A stretch of 64,000 nucleotides of DNA from a phage. The notes below the pieces were generated by a model, which worked only from the letters and a program-made list of their open reading frames with translations, was not told where the DNA came from and ran no database searches. Positions 31,552 through 39,167 of the stretch are shown one piece after another (position 1 is the first letter of the stretch; the number at the start of each line of letters is the position of its first letter). The stretch lies in the sequence record PZ445134.1; one strand, given 5' to 3'. The position numbers were made by a program, and so were the translations under genes.

Positions 31552-31840
31552 ATCGTTCCTTATAACTATCAATGTAGTCCTGTATGTCAAAGAATGACAT
31601 TTCATATTCTAGGGCATTAAGAGCCCGTTCTTCAGTATAGTCAGAACCAAATACGATAGTGATTTCACCAGGCTTCATATGATTGAAATCGACACTAAAA
31701 GGAATACGAGAACATACTTCGTCTGCCATATCTGCAACAACACTACGATACACTTCTCGGTTAACCTGATAAAGCTCTGAGAGTTCTTCACAACGAATAA
31801 CAAGTTCAGTGGCAGGTTTTTCTTTGATTTTAGTAAACAT
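31541..31840 (-). CDS. hypothetical acidic protein, 99 aa (arn-position)
   Basis: Track ORF trimmed to ATG 31840 (MFTKIKEK...) with AGGGTA SD; upstream track extension is low-complexity. Confidence 0.5.
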   Translation of the reverse strand: MFTKIKEKPATELVIRCEELSELYQVNREVYRSVVADMADEVCSRIPFSVDFNHMKPGEITIVFGSDYTEERALNALEYEMSFFDIQDYIDSYKERYEP

Positions 31841-31923
31841 AGTCTTTACCCTTATGTTTTTGTTTGCGTTTAGATTGAAGTTCTGATTTCTTCTTGTCCT
31901 TATGAACAGAAGCCTTATTGAAA

Positions 31924-32142
31924 TCATGTTTTGCTACAAGATTGTTCATAATGCTTTATAACCTCATTTAGACATTTATCGGTAAAAGAAAACTTTTTAG
32001 CCACAGAACATTCGATAATGTGCTCTTTCAAATCTTTAGAGTCGGTATATCCCATCTCAGTAATAAAGCGGCGAATTAAAGCTTTATTCTTATCATTAAC
32101 AGAATTAAAATAATCTACTTTAGAATCAATTATTCTCATCAT
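31924..32142 (-). CDS. hypothetical protein, 72 aa
   Basis: Track ORF, coupled to neighbours. Confidence 0.5.
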   Translation of the reverse strand: MMRIIDSKVDYFNSVNDKNKALIRRFITEMGYTDSKDLKEHIIECSVAKKFSFTDKCLNEVIKHYEQSCSKT

Positions 32143-32407
32143 CTAATTTCCTTAATTGATATTGCAACGAGCTAATAATTTCTTCGTTCATTTTAATATA
32201 CATATCACGCAAGAAAGGTTTTAACCCATCACGAATAATTGCTAATGTATCACCTTTACATAAATTAACCAAATAAGGATGATCTAAAGCATCCCAACCA
32301 GGCTGATTAGCATACATACCATAGTTTTCTTCCATCATATGATTAAGACGTTTGATATCTTGGATACGTGATTCAATAGCATCTTTCTGGAGTTGTTTAA
32401 TATTCAT
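32126..32407 (-). CDS. hypothetical protein, 93 aa
   Basis: Track ORF. Confidence 0.5.
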   Translation of the reverse strand: MNIKQLQKDAIESRIQDIKRLNHMMEENYGMYANQPGWDALDHPYLVNLCKGDTLAIIRDGLKPFLRDMYIKMNEEIISSLQYQLRKLDDENN

Positions 32408-32868
32408 TAATAAAGGTCCTCTGAATAAAGTTCTTTCTCACTTCCGCCACGTTCAATACGCACCTGTCCAGCATACGTTGCAATAATCATTGCTTCTTCA
32501 CGAGTCCAGTAATTAGAGTATTGGTCGATAAAGCCTTGGTCGTCACCACAAACTTGTTGCGAGACTAATTGAGGACCAACTATATCAAGTACTTCAGCCA
32601 TATCTTTAGAGTAATGACGAACTCCAGGAATAACCAGAGTTCCACCACTCTTCAATTTAAACCTATTAGCTGCACATACTATAACACGTTGAACTTTTTG
32701 GTCATTATTCCAATAGCACGTTTGCCAACAGATTTCAGGAACTTCATTCATTATATCATCAGCAGAATAATTATAACCGTAGGACTGGAATTTTTCTGCT
32801 AGACTTTCAGGAGTCTCACGAGACAAGGCCAAATCTAATAGCTCTAAACGTTCTTTAAATGATTTCAT
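32407..32868 (-). CDS. hypothetical protein, 153 aa
   Basis: Track ORF; globular-looking with conserved-type motifs (VIVCAANRF...[11 protein letters not shown]...QGFID...REEAMIIA) but no family recognised. Confidence 0.55.
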   Translation of the reverse strand: MKSFKERLELLDLALSRETPESLAEKFQSYGYNYSADDIMNEVPEICWQTCYWNNDQKVQRVIVCAANRFKLKSGGTLVIPGVRHYSKDMAEVLDIVGPQLVSQQVCGDDQGFIDQYSNYWTREEAMIIATYAGQVRIERGGSEKELYSEDLY

Positions 32869-33209
32869 TTAAACCATTCCTTAATACGTTGCCAAATAGA
32901 TTTTTGTGCTTGTTTATTTACACCAATCGAACGAATAACAGGTTGTGACTGCTGATATTCTTTATAATCTTCTTTATAGATTTCGTAAGCTGCATCAACA
33001 AATGAACTGATCGCTGCCATAAAGTTTTTACGTATACCGCCAGGAGCTACTCCATTAGGGAATTCAGAATTTTCGCGAATAATTAAATATAACCCAGCTT
33101 TAACTTTAACTATAGTTCCAAGATAAGCCCCGTGGTACCAAATATCCCATCCTTCCTGAGTAGGTTCTGCACATTTACGAAGTTCGTTAATAATATTCAG
33201 CTTATTCAT
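32865..33209 (-). CDS. hypothetical protein, 114 aa
   Basis: Track ORF. Confidence 0.55.
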   Translation of the reverse strand: MNKLNIINELRKCAEPTQEGWDIWYHGAYLGTIVKVKAGLYLIIRENSEFPNGVAPGGIRKNFMAAISSFVDAAYEIYKEDYKEYQQSQPVIRSIGVNKQAQKSIWQRIKEWFK

Positions 33210-33219
33210 TATGTATTCC

Positions 33220-33852
33220 TCACAGTACGTTAGTTACAAGGGTAATGATTTCTTTGGACACATTAGGGAAGTCAATGTAAGTATATTTACCACCGATCTT
33301 AATCTTAACATCATTTTCAAGAGAAGTAAACAGCTTTGATTCAGTTTCTGACATGTTGTATGCAAAGATTCTAAGAGAACCATTTCGACGAATTTCGATC
33401 TGACGAATACCTAGAACTCGTTTTGCAAATCGAACTTCCAAGTTACTACGGTTTTCACCAATTTCTTTAACTTCAACTTTATCTTTAATATTTTCAAAAA
33501 CAAAGTTTGCTAGTTCATGCATTTCAGGAGTAACTCCACGTGCTTTTCTGGTGTTACGTTTCTGAAGAAGTTCTGGAGCATTTTCTTGGGCAAAGAGGTC
33601 TGCAGCTTTTTGGATAATATCCATTGCTTCGCCTGTTGCTATAAGTCCATCACCAGATTTTTCGACTAAACCTTTCTTAATCAATACACCAATGTTAGAG
33701 TTAACAACTGATGCATTGTATTCCGCTTCCAGAGCTTCACGGACATTGGCAGCAGTGGTGAAGTTGTTCTTAATGATATAAACCATTATTGCAGCAGTTT
33801 TTTCATTCAGAGCGTTTTCAGAAGCTTTGATGATGTAAGTAACTTTAGACAT
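33220..33852 (-). CDS. motA: middle transcription activator MotA
   Basis: 210 aa; matches recalled T4 MotA (MSKVTYIIKAS...NSNIGVLIKKGLVEKSGDGLI.TGEA...); early promoter 33890-33918. Confidence 0.9.
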   Translation of the reverse strand: MSKVTYIIKASENALNEKTAAIMVYIIKNNFTTAANVREALEAEYNASVVNSNIGVLIKKGLVEKSGDGLIATGEAMDIIQKAADLFAQENAPELLQKRNTRKARGVTPEMHELANFVFENIKDKVEVKEIGENRSNLEVRFAKRVLGIRQIEIRRNGSLRIFAYNMSETESKLFTSLENDVKIKIGGKYTYIDFPNVSKEIITLVTNVL

Positions 33853-33889
33853 TTTATTTCTCCAAATTAGTATTTGTTTTGATAGGTCT

Positions 33890-33918
33890 ATAATATCATG
33901 TTTGAAGCAAAAGTAAAC
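33890..33918 (-). promoter_or_regulatory. T4-type early promoter (motA)
   Basis: minus strand GTTTAC, 17 nt, TATTAT. Confidence 0.6.
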
Positions 33919-33955
33919 TTTATTTTGGGCTCTTTTTCAAAAGCCCTGGTAAAAT

Positions 33956-34171
33956 TTACAAACTCATTTCTTTAATAAGGCTAATAAGTTTTGCCTTTTT
34001 AGAACGAAGCTTTTCTAAATGATGTCCATTTGAACCACGAACCACTAAAGAATTGATTTCAACTTCTAAGAAATTTAATTCTTCAACAAGTGCTTTACGT
34101 GGAGCATTCATACCAGGTTTAACTTTACCAAAACGAGTAGTTGTGTTTTGGGTTAATTTCATTTTAGACAT
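33956..34171 (-). CDS. hypothetical basic protein, 71 aa
   Basis: Track ORF; own copy of the motA-type promoter at 34211-34239. Confidence 0.5.
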   Translation of the reverse strand: MSKMKLTQNTTTRFGKVKPGMNAPRKALVEELNFLEVEINSLVVRGSNGHHLEKLRSKKAKLISLIKEMSL

Positions 34172-34210
34172 TTTATTTCTCCAATTTGGTTGTTTTGTTT
34201 TGATAGGTCT

Positions 34211-34239
34211 ATAATATCATGTTTGAAGCACATGTAAAC
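34211..34239 (-). promoter_or_regulatory. T4-type early promoter (duplicate of motA promoter module)
   Basis: minus strand GTTTAC, 17 nt, TATTAT; about 38 nt identical to 33873-33910. Confidence 0.6.
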
Positions 34240-34265
34240 TGTTTTGTGAGAAAAAATGCACAAAA

Positions 34266-34283
34266 AGGAACCCGAAGGTTCCT
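34266..34283 (-). terminator. hairpin terminator
   Basis: AGGAACCCGAAGGTTCCT with U-runs on both sides. Confidence 0.5.
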
Positions 34284-34387
34284 TACTTTTTAAAGTGAGC
34301 TGCTATTAAACCTATAGCTAAGCCCGTTGCCAGGCCTAGGATAACAGCAAAGATACAGAGTAACAAGAACTCGACTCCAAGGCTCAT
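34283..34387 (-). CDS. hydrophobic micro-protein, 34 aa
   Basis: Manual translation MSLGVEFLLLCIFAVILGLATGLAIGLIAAHFKK; ATG overlaps gp52 stop (ATGA); hairpin 34266-34283 immediately after. Confidence 0.35.
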   Translation of the reverse strand: MSLGVEFLLLCIFAVILGLATGLAIGLIAAHFKK

Positions 34388-35709
34388 AGAGCCTCCAAGT
34401 CTTTAGTGTACTCTGTCACAACATCAGTAGACTTCCAATACTCATTTTCTTCTTTCTTAGCTTTAGCTTCTTCTGCCAGTTTACGCGCTTCGTCGGAAGT
34501 GATATGGAAGATGTTAAGGCCTACCAGTTTATCGACATGTTCTTTATACATTTCGATTTGTGCTAGCTCTTCAGTCAAAGCTTTACGAGTCTTGCCCTGA
34601 ATCACAATTTCACCGTTGATAACTTTTTTGATGAAGTGTGCCTTAGCAAAAGCAAGTTTAAATGCTTTTTCGGATTCAAGGATTTTGTTGTCAATACGTT
34701 TCTGAACGTAAGTCTTACGGACTTCAACAAAATCTTTGATTAAGTCCACTACGTTATCGTAGACAGCTAATTTACCCTTTTCATTAATCACTGTGATATT
34801 TTGTGAACGACGTTCGATGAGACTAAAATCTTTCATGATTTTTTCATGACGTAGCTCTTCATCATCAGGAAGCGAGTACTCTTTACGGAACTTCACTTTA
34901 AACCCAAAGCCGTGTTCACCACAATCATCTTCCCATGAGATTAGACCTTTGTCTTCCAATGGGTCAAGAACCTTACTCACATATGTTTCACGGTCGAATT
35001 TATATGGGATTTCAGTTATCTGCATTTGAGTGCGAGATGTGAACTTATATGTTCCGTGAATCTCATAACGTCCATCAACTTCATGTACTTCACCACGGAA
35101 TTCCGGGAATTCAACTTTTGGCTTAGTGACATTTTTACCTTGAAGAGCTTGTAATACAGCCTTTTTGACTGATTTAAAACTATGAGGCAGAATATTTGTT
35201 GCGTAACCGGTTGCAATACCAGAGACACCATTCAAAAGAACTGTTGGAATAATAGGAAGATAGAATTTTGGTGGAATGTGTTCTTTATCTTCATGAGCTG
35301 GAGCATATTCAGTATCTTTATATACGTTATAGAAATTTTTACTTACACGAGCAAAAATATAACGAGATGCTGCAGCTTTTTGGACTGTTCTAGAACCAAA
35401 GTTGCCTTGGCCATCTAACAGTGGATAGTTGTTGTTCCATGTGTTAGCCATCAATGCACCTGCATCTTGTGCAGAAGATTCACCATGGTGATAACCTAAA
35501 TCTGCAACACCGCCTGCAATTGACGCAAGTTTATGAAATTTTTCTTTATTACCACGAGCCAAATCTAACGCACGATGAACCACAAAACGTTGAACCGGCT
35601 TAAATCCATCAATCATGTTTGGGATTGCACGGTTTTCAACGGTGTACATCGCATATGCTAAGGCTTCGTTATCAATAATACTTTTTAGATTACGAGAATT
35701 CAATTCCAT
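34384..35709 (-). CDS. 52: DNA topoisomerase II medium subunit gp52
   Basis: 441 aa; matches recalled T4 gp52 (NRAIPNMIDGFKPVQRFV..RALDLARGNK.KFHKLASIAGGVADLGYHHGE). Confidence 0.93.
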   Translation of the reverse strand: MELNSRNLKSIIDNEALAYAMYTVENRAIPNMIDGFKPVQRFVVHRALDLARGNKEKFHKLASIAGGVADLGYHHGESSAQDAGALMANTWNNNYPLLDGQGNFGSRTVQKAAASRYIFARVSKNFYNVYKDTEYAPAHEDKEHIPPKFYLPIIPTVLLNGVSGIATGYATNILPHSFKSVKKAVLQALQGKNVTKPKVEFPEFRGEVHEVDGRYEIHGTYKFTSRTQMQITEIPYKFDRETYVSKVLDPLEDKGLISWEDDCGEHGFGFKVKFRKEYSLPDDEELRHEKIMKDFSLIERRSQNITVINEKGKLAVYDNVVDLIKDFVEVRKTYVQKRIDNKILESEKAFKLAFAKAHFIKKVINGEIVIQGKTRKALTEELAQIEMYKEHVDKLVGLNIFHITSDEARKLAEEAKAKKEENEYWKSTDVVTEYTKDLEAL

Positions 35710-35713
35710 AATT

Positions 35714-35854
35714 TTACCATACTAGTGAATGAATAGCCATAATAACATCGGAAATAAAAAGCACAACTTGAATTATCCCGAACATTACTCCATAATACAG
35801 CGCTACCAATAAAGCAGCAAGGGCTAACGAGTAGCCCAAGATTTTATTAATCAT
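35714..35854 (-). CDS. hydrophobic micro-protein, 46 aa
   Basis: ATG 35854 (MINKILGYSLALAALLVALYYGV...) overlaps the stop of the upstream 53-aa ORF; track version starts at a TTG at 35902. Confidence 0.35.
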   Translation of the reverse strand: MINKILGYSLALAALLVALYYGVMFGIIQVVLFISDVIMAIHSLVW

Positions 35855-36008
35855 TTTTAATCGTCTTAAGTAAACCGACAAAAGTAGAAAGAACCCAACC
35901 AATAAGCAGAAAACTTAAGAATATCGGACCAGGGGCCCACACACCTAAAAAGAAGCAAACCGAACAGACTATAGCCGTAATAAGTTCAATAAAAACTACG
36001 ATAATCAT
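35847..36008 (-). CDS. hydrophobic micro-protein, 53 aa (ac/stp position)
   Basis: Manual translation MIIVVFIELITAIVCSVCFFLGVWAPGPIFLSFLLIGWVLSTFVGLLKTIKND; GAGGAAA SD. Confidence 0.4.
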   Translation of the reverse strand: MIIVVFIELITAIVCSVCFFLGVWAPGPIFLSFLLIGWVLSTFVGLLKTIKND

Positions 36009-36094
36009 ATTTTCCTCATTAGCGTCCGAAGACGCCTTTAGTTTTAAGATTGTTACGATAGAACTGCATCACATGTTCGTTATGGAAATACTCA

Positions 36095-36541
36095 TTAGTA
36101 AGCCTGCAGGATGAATTTAAAGTTATCAGCCAACATACGGTTCATTTCAGTGAGTGTTTGATATTCTGATGTATGATTGCGAGTGAATGCCAGAGCCAAT
36201 TGACCTTTACCATAACCAGTGGTCAGCGGTTTCATGTTCTTAGCTGCAACAAAGATTACATCGTATTCAATATTGTTAGTGCCCATAGTACGGGCTAGTT
36301 GCGAACGACCTTGACGAATGTGAGAAAGAATTGCATCCAACCCTTGTTTAGAACGTTGACGTCCTACAAAGAATCGTGCTGCTACTTGTCGCCAATCAGA
36401 TGAACCTTTAACAAAGAAGTAAAAACCTTCACGAGAACGAAACTCTTTAGAAACTTCAGAACCGTATTCGCCATTACGAACTACTGCAACAACTTCACCA
36501 CCAACTGCCAGAAGGTCTTTACGAGTTAAATATTTAGACAT
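36095..36541 (-). CDS. ndd: nucleoid disruption protein Ndd (probable)
   Basis: 148 aa (T4 Ndd 151 aa); map position between 52 and denB; GAGGAA SD; promoter 36586-36615. Confidence 0.6.
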
Positions 36542-36585
36542 GCTAATTTCCTCAATTGATTAATGTTTTTGTAATCCATGAGAGC

Positions 36586-36615
36586 ATTATACTCTGCTCT
36601 CAAGAGTTTGTACAA
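36586..36615 (-). promoter_or_regulatory. T4-type early promoter (ndd)
   Basis: minus strand TTGTAC, 18 nt, TATAAT. Confidence 0.5.
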
Positions 36616-36617
36616 TT

Positions 36618-36818
36618 TTATTCGGTTATATCAGAACGTTCAAAAAGCTCTTCAACAGTTAAACATTCGGTGTCATCCTCAATAAAGAATCGGGTCCAAC
36701 ACGTTGGGGCGATGCAGTTATGAGTTTGGCCAGCTATAGAAGCTACACGAATAAGCTGCTGGCCATTATTCAGGACAAATTTTTCACCAATTTCAACATC
36801 TTTAAAAAGCTTAGCCAT
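36618..36818 (-). CDS. hypothetical protein, 66 aa
   Basis: Track ORF; promoter 36847-36876. Confidence 0.5.
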   Translation of the reverse strand: MAKLFKDVEIGEKFVLNNGQQLIRVASIAGQTHNCIAPTCWTRFFIEDDTECLTVEELFERSDITE

Positions 36819-36846
36819 TTTGTATTCCTCATGTTTTGATAGGACT

Positions 36847-36876
36847 ACTATACCATAATCCTACCTTGATGTAAAC
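36847..36876 (-). promoter_or_regulatory. T4-type early promoter
   Basis: minus strand GTTTAC, 18 nt, TATAGT. Confidence 0.5.
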
Positions 36877-36878
36877 AA

Positions 36879-36989
36879 TTAAATTACATTAAAATATGTT
36901 AAAGCCAACCATGTTCCAGTGAACGAACATGCGATGTAAAAACCCGTATCGCAAATTGTTCTTAGTACAATAAGAAGTGCATTTTTCAT
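36879..36989 (-). CDS. hydrophobic micro-protein, 36 aa
   Basis: Manual translation MKNALLIVLRTICDTGFYIACSFTGTWLALTYFNVI; ATG overlaps stop of the upstream 28-aa ORF. Confidence 0.3.
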   Translation of the reverse strand: MKNALLIVLRTICDTGFYIACSFTGTWLALTYFNVI

Positions 36990-37072
36990 AAGTACCTCAA
37001 TACAATTGAAAATATTATACAAATCATAGGGATACTAAGCAACCATATTCCGATCCACATTTTAGAACTCAT
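36986..37072 (-). CDS. hydrophobic micro-protein, 28 aa
   Basis: Manual translation MSSKMWIGIWLLSIPMICIIFSIVLRYL; ATG overlaps stop of the 87-aa gene (ATGA). Confidence 0.3.
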   Translation of the reverse strand: MSSKMWIGIWLLSIPMICIIFSIVLRYL

Positions 37073-37332
37073 ATCTCAACTTCCGCGAGTTCCATATATC
37101 CTTTGTTGATAACCTCTTTAAGGTCTTTAGAAAGAATAACATTAAAATGGTCGTTCATATGTCCATTAACTAAACGAGTTATTTCGGCTTCAGATGACAT
37201 ATAAGGCACGTCTGAGTCCCAATGAGATAGACCCAAATGGGTATAAATCATCCCTTCGTCATCTGCAGTGTTGTACATTGAAACAAATTCGCCTGTTACT
37301 TTATGTTTTGCGTAGAAAAATTTAAATTTCAT
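37069..37332 (-). CDS. hypothetical protein, 87 aa
   Basis: Track ORF; promoter 37359-37388. Confidence 0.5.
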   Translation of the reverse strand: MKFKFFYAKHKVTGEFVSMYNTADDEGMIYTHLGLSHWDSDVPYMSSEAEITRLVNGHMNDHFNVILSKDLKEVINKGYMELAEVEI

Positions 37333-37358
37333 GATGTTATCCTCTTTTAGATAGGACT

Positions 37359-37388
37359 ACTATATCATAGTCCTACTTAGTTGTAAAC
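37359..37388 (-). promoter_or_regulatory. T4-type early promoter
   Basis: minus strand GTTTAC, 18 nt, TATAGT. Confidence 0.5.
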
Positions 37389-37400
37389 ACTTTTATGAAA

Positions 37401-37958
37401 TTAAAGATGAAGATACCAGCCGTTGTAGTTGCTCTTGCGGACGATTTTCTTTAGGTCTTCATGGTCTCCCACGAACTTTATAGAATAAGAGAAGACGTCA
37501 GGTGAGGTTTCTTTGACATTCAATATAATAATACAGTCTGCAACTCGATGATTCAGGAATGGCCCTATGTTGATTCCGTTGCCACCCGGATAATCACCAC
37601 TGTATCCTGTGGTAACAGAAATCCATTTAGAATCCATCTGATGTGTCTTGACTTCTACACGAATTCCACAATATTTGGGATGGGCTAACACGTCCCATGC
37701 ATACGTGTACGGGTCTTCTACGTCTTCAATACCTTTATTAACATATCCGTCTAGCCAATTTGCTACTACATACTCTGCAAAGACCGCAACCTTACAACGT
37801 CGAACTACATCTTCTTTGTTTTGGTCAGGATTTTGGCTCAGGGAATACCGAGCAGTGTCAGCAATCTTCACCTTCATTTCACTAGTCAAAAACTCATTCG
37901 ACAGGATAAATGTCGGAAGATTCTTCAGTCTCAACAGTCCCAAGTTCGTCTTTACCAT
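37401..37958 (-). CDS. denB: endonuclease IV (probable)
   Basis: 185 aa from ATG 37958 (MVKTNLG...), which has a GAGGT SD, same length as T4 DenB; map position between rIIB and ndd; track ORF extends to 38021. Confidence 0.5.
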   Translation of the reverse strand: MVKTNLGLLRLKNLPTFILSNEFLTSEMKVKIADTARYSLSQNPDQNKEDVVRRCKVAVFAEYVVANWLDGYVNKGIEDVEDPYTYAWDVLAHPKYCGIRVEVKTHQMDSKWISVTTGYSGDYPGGNGINIGPFLNHRVADCIIILNVKETSPDVFSYSIKFVGDHEDLKKIVRKSNYNGWYLHL

Positions 37959-38181
37959 AGATACCTCTGATGTGTAGTTCGCCAAAATAAATGCGGTCTC
38001 CTTCTTCAAGATAGTTAGCATCTACCGGTGGGATTTCAATAACAACTTCGTCGCATTCTAACCAGCCGTAGTGTGCATCACCAGGATGTTTTACCAATTT
38101 AGCGCAATAAACTGATTTACACTTATGATGACCACGAAGATTAGCAATTTTGGATTCTGATACGTCAAATGGATGAATCAT
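37894..38181 (-). CDS. hypothetical protein, 95 aa
   Basis: Track ORF; single Met, so it overlaps the denB start by 65 nt. Confidence 0.4.
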   Translation of the reverse strand: MIHPFDVSESKIANLRGHHKCKSVYCAKLVKHPGDAHYGWLECDEVVIEIPPVDANYLEEGDRIYFGELHIRGIYGKDELGTVETEESSDIYPVE

Positions 38182-38202
38182 AATTACCCCTAAAGAAAAA
38201 AA

Positions 38203-38217
38203 GGGACCGAAGTCCCC
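38203..38217 (-). terminator. hairpin after rIIB
   Basis: GGGACCGAAGTCCCC preceded by A-run on plus strand (U-run on minus transcript). Confidence 0.55.
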
Positions 38218-38222
38218 AATTA

Positions 38223-39158
38223 TTATTCTGCAAATAATTCAGTAACGTCTGAAATTACTTCATAACGACAAGTACGCATCTTAGCATCACCATAGTCAAC
38301 CGGGATGGATACAACATCACGTGGATGAACTTTAACCTTAACAACTTTATCTGAGCTTGAACCAAAGTGGCGAATATAAGATTTAGCACAAACGTGGAGA
38401 CCGCGAGAACAGGTTTGAGTATCATCGTCGTTAACTCGAGTACGAGGCATTGAAACAACTTTACCTGGGGAGTTATCAAATGTGCCGCTATAGCAATCTA
38501 AATAGTCTTTACGAACTACTTTCCACGCATAGAAATGCCCATCTTCAGTGATTTCAATATCGTTTGCAACCAAGAAGTCGAATAAACGTTGTACAGCTTT
38601 TTCACTTGGGTTTTCTAACAGGTTTTCAAGGAACGGCAGATAGAATTTAAAGTCTTCGCCTTTTTCCATGGAATCAATAATACGATTAACCAGTCCTGAA
38701 CGAATTTCTATACCTTGATAAAATAAACTACCACCTTCAATAGTAACATTACCATCAACAAACTTACTAATAGCTTTCTTGATGTTAATAAGTTCGACAG
38801 CTTTACTAAGGTTTCCTGCGACCAGATTAGCTTTAATTTCTTCAAAATTTGCATGACTTGATGGGGTCGCATTGTATGCTACGCGTCCTTCAATAATTGA
38901 AATAAATTTAGATGACGCGTTCCATACGATTTCTGGACGATGTCCGCCGATAATAGGTTCATCATTTTCTGGAACCTGTTCTTCGTCTTCAAATTCAGCG
39001 GCTTTCTCTTCAGCTTTAAAATTCTTAACAATCTTACGAAGAGTGTCAGTGGAAATATTGAAGTAATCAGCAATTTCCTGACGAGTCCATTGGCCTGATT
39101 TAACCAGATCGTAAGCTTCTAACTGTTCTTCTTGAGACAAGCATTTAATATTGTACAT
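38223..39158 (-). CDS. rIIB: rIIB membrane-associated protein
   Basis: 311 aa; matches recalled T4 rIIB, especially the C-terminal half (DDDTQTCSRGLHVC.KSYIRHFGSS.D.VVKVKVHPRDVVSIP). Confidence 0.92.
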   Translation of the reverse strand: MYNIKCLSQEEQLEAYDLVKSGQWTRQEIADYFNISTDTLRKIVKNFKAEEKAAEFEDEEQVPENDEPIIGGHRPEIVWNASSKFISIIEGRVAYNATPSSHANFEEIKANLVAGNLSKAVELINIKKAISKFVDGNVTIEGGSLFYQGIEIRSGLVNRIIDSMEKGEDFKFYLPFLENLLENPSEKAVQRLFDFLVANDIEITEDGHFYAWKVVRKDYLDCYSGTFDNSPGKVVSMPRTRVNDDDTQTCSRGLHVCAKSYIRHFGSSSDKVVKVKVHPRDVVSIPVDYGDAKMRTCRYEVISDVTELFAE

Positions 39159-39167
39159 AATGTTTCC

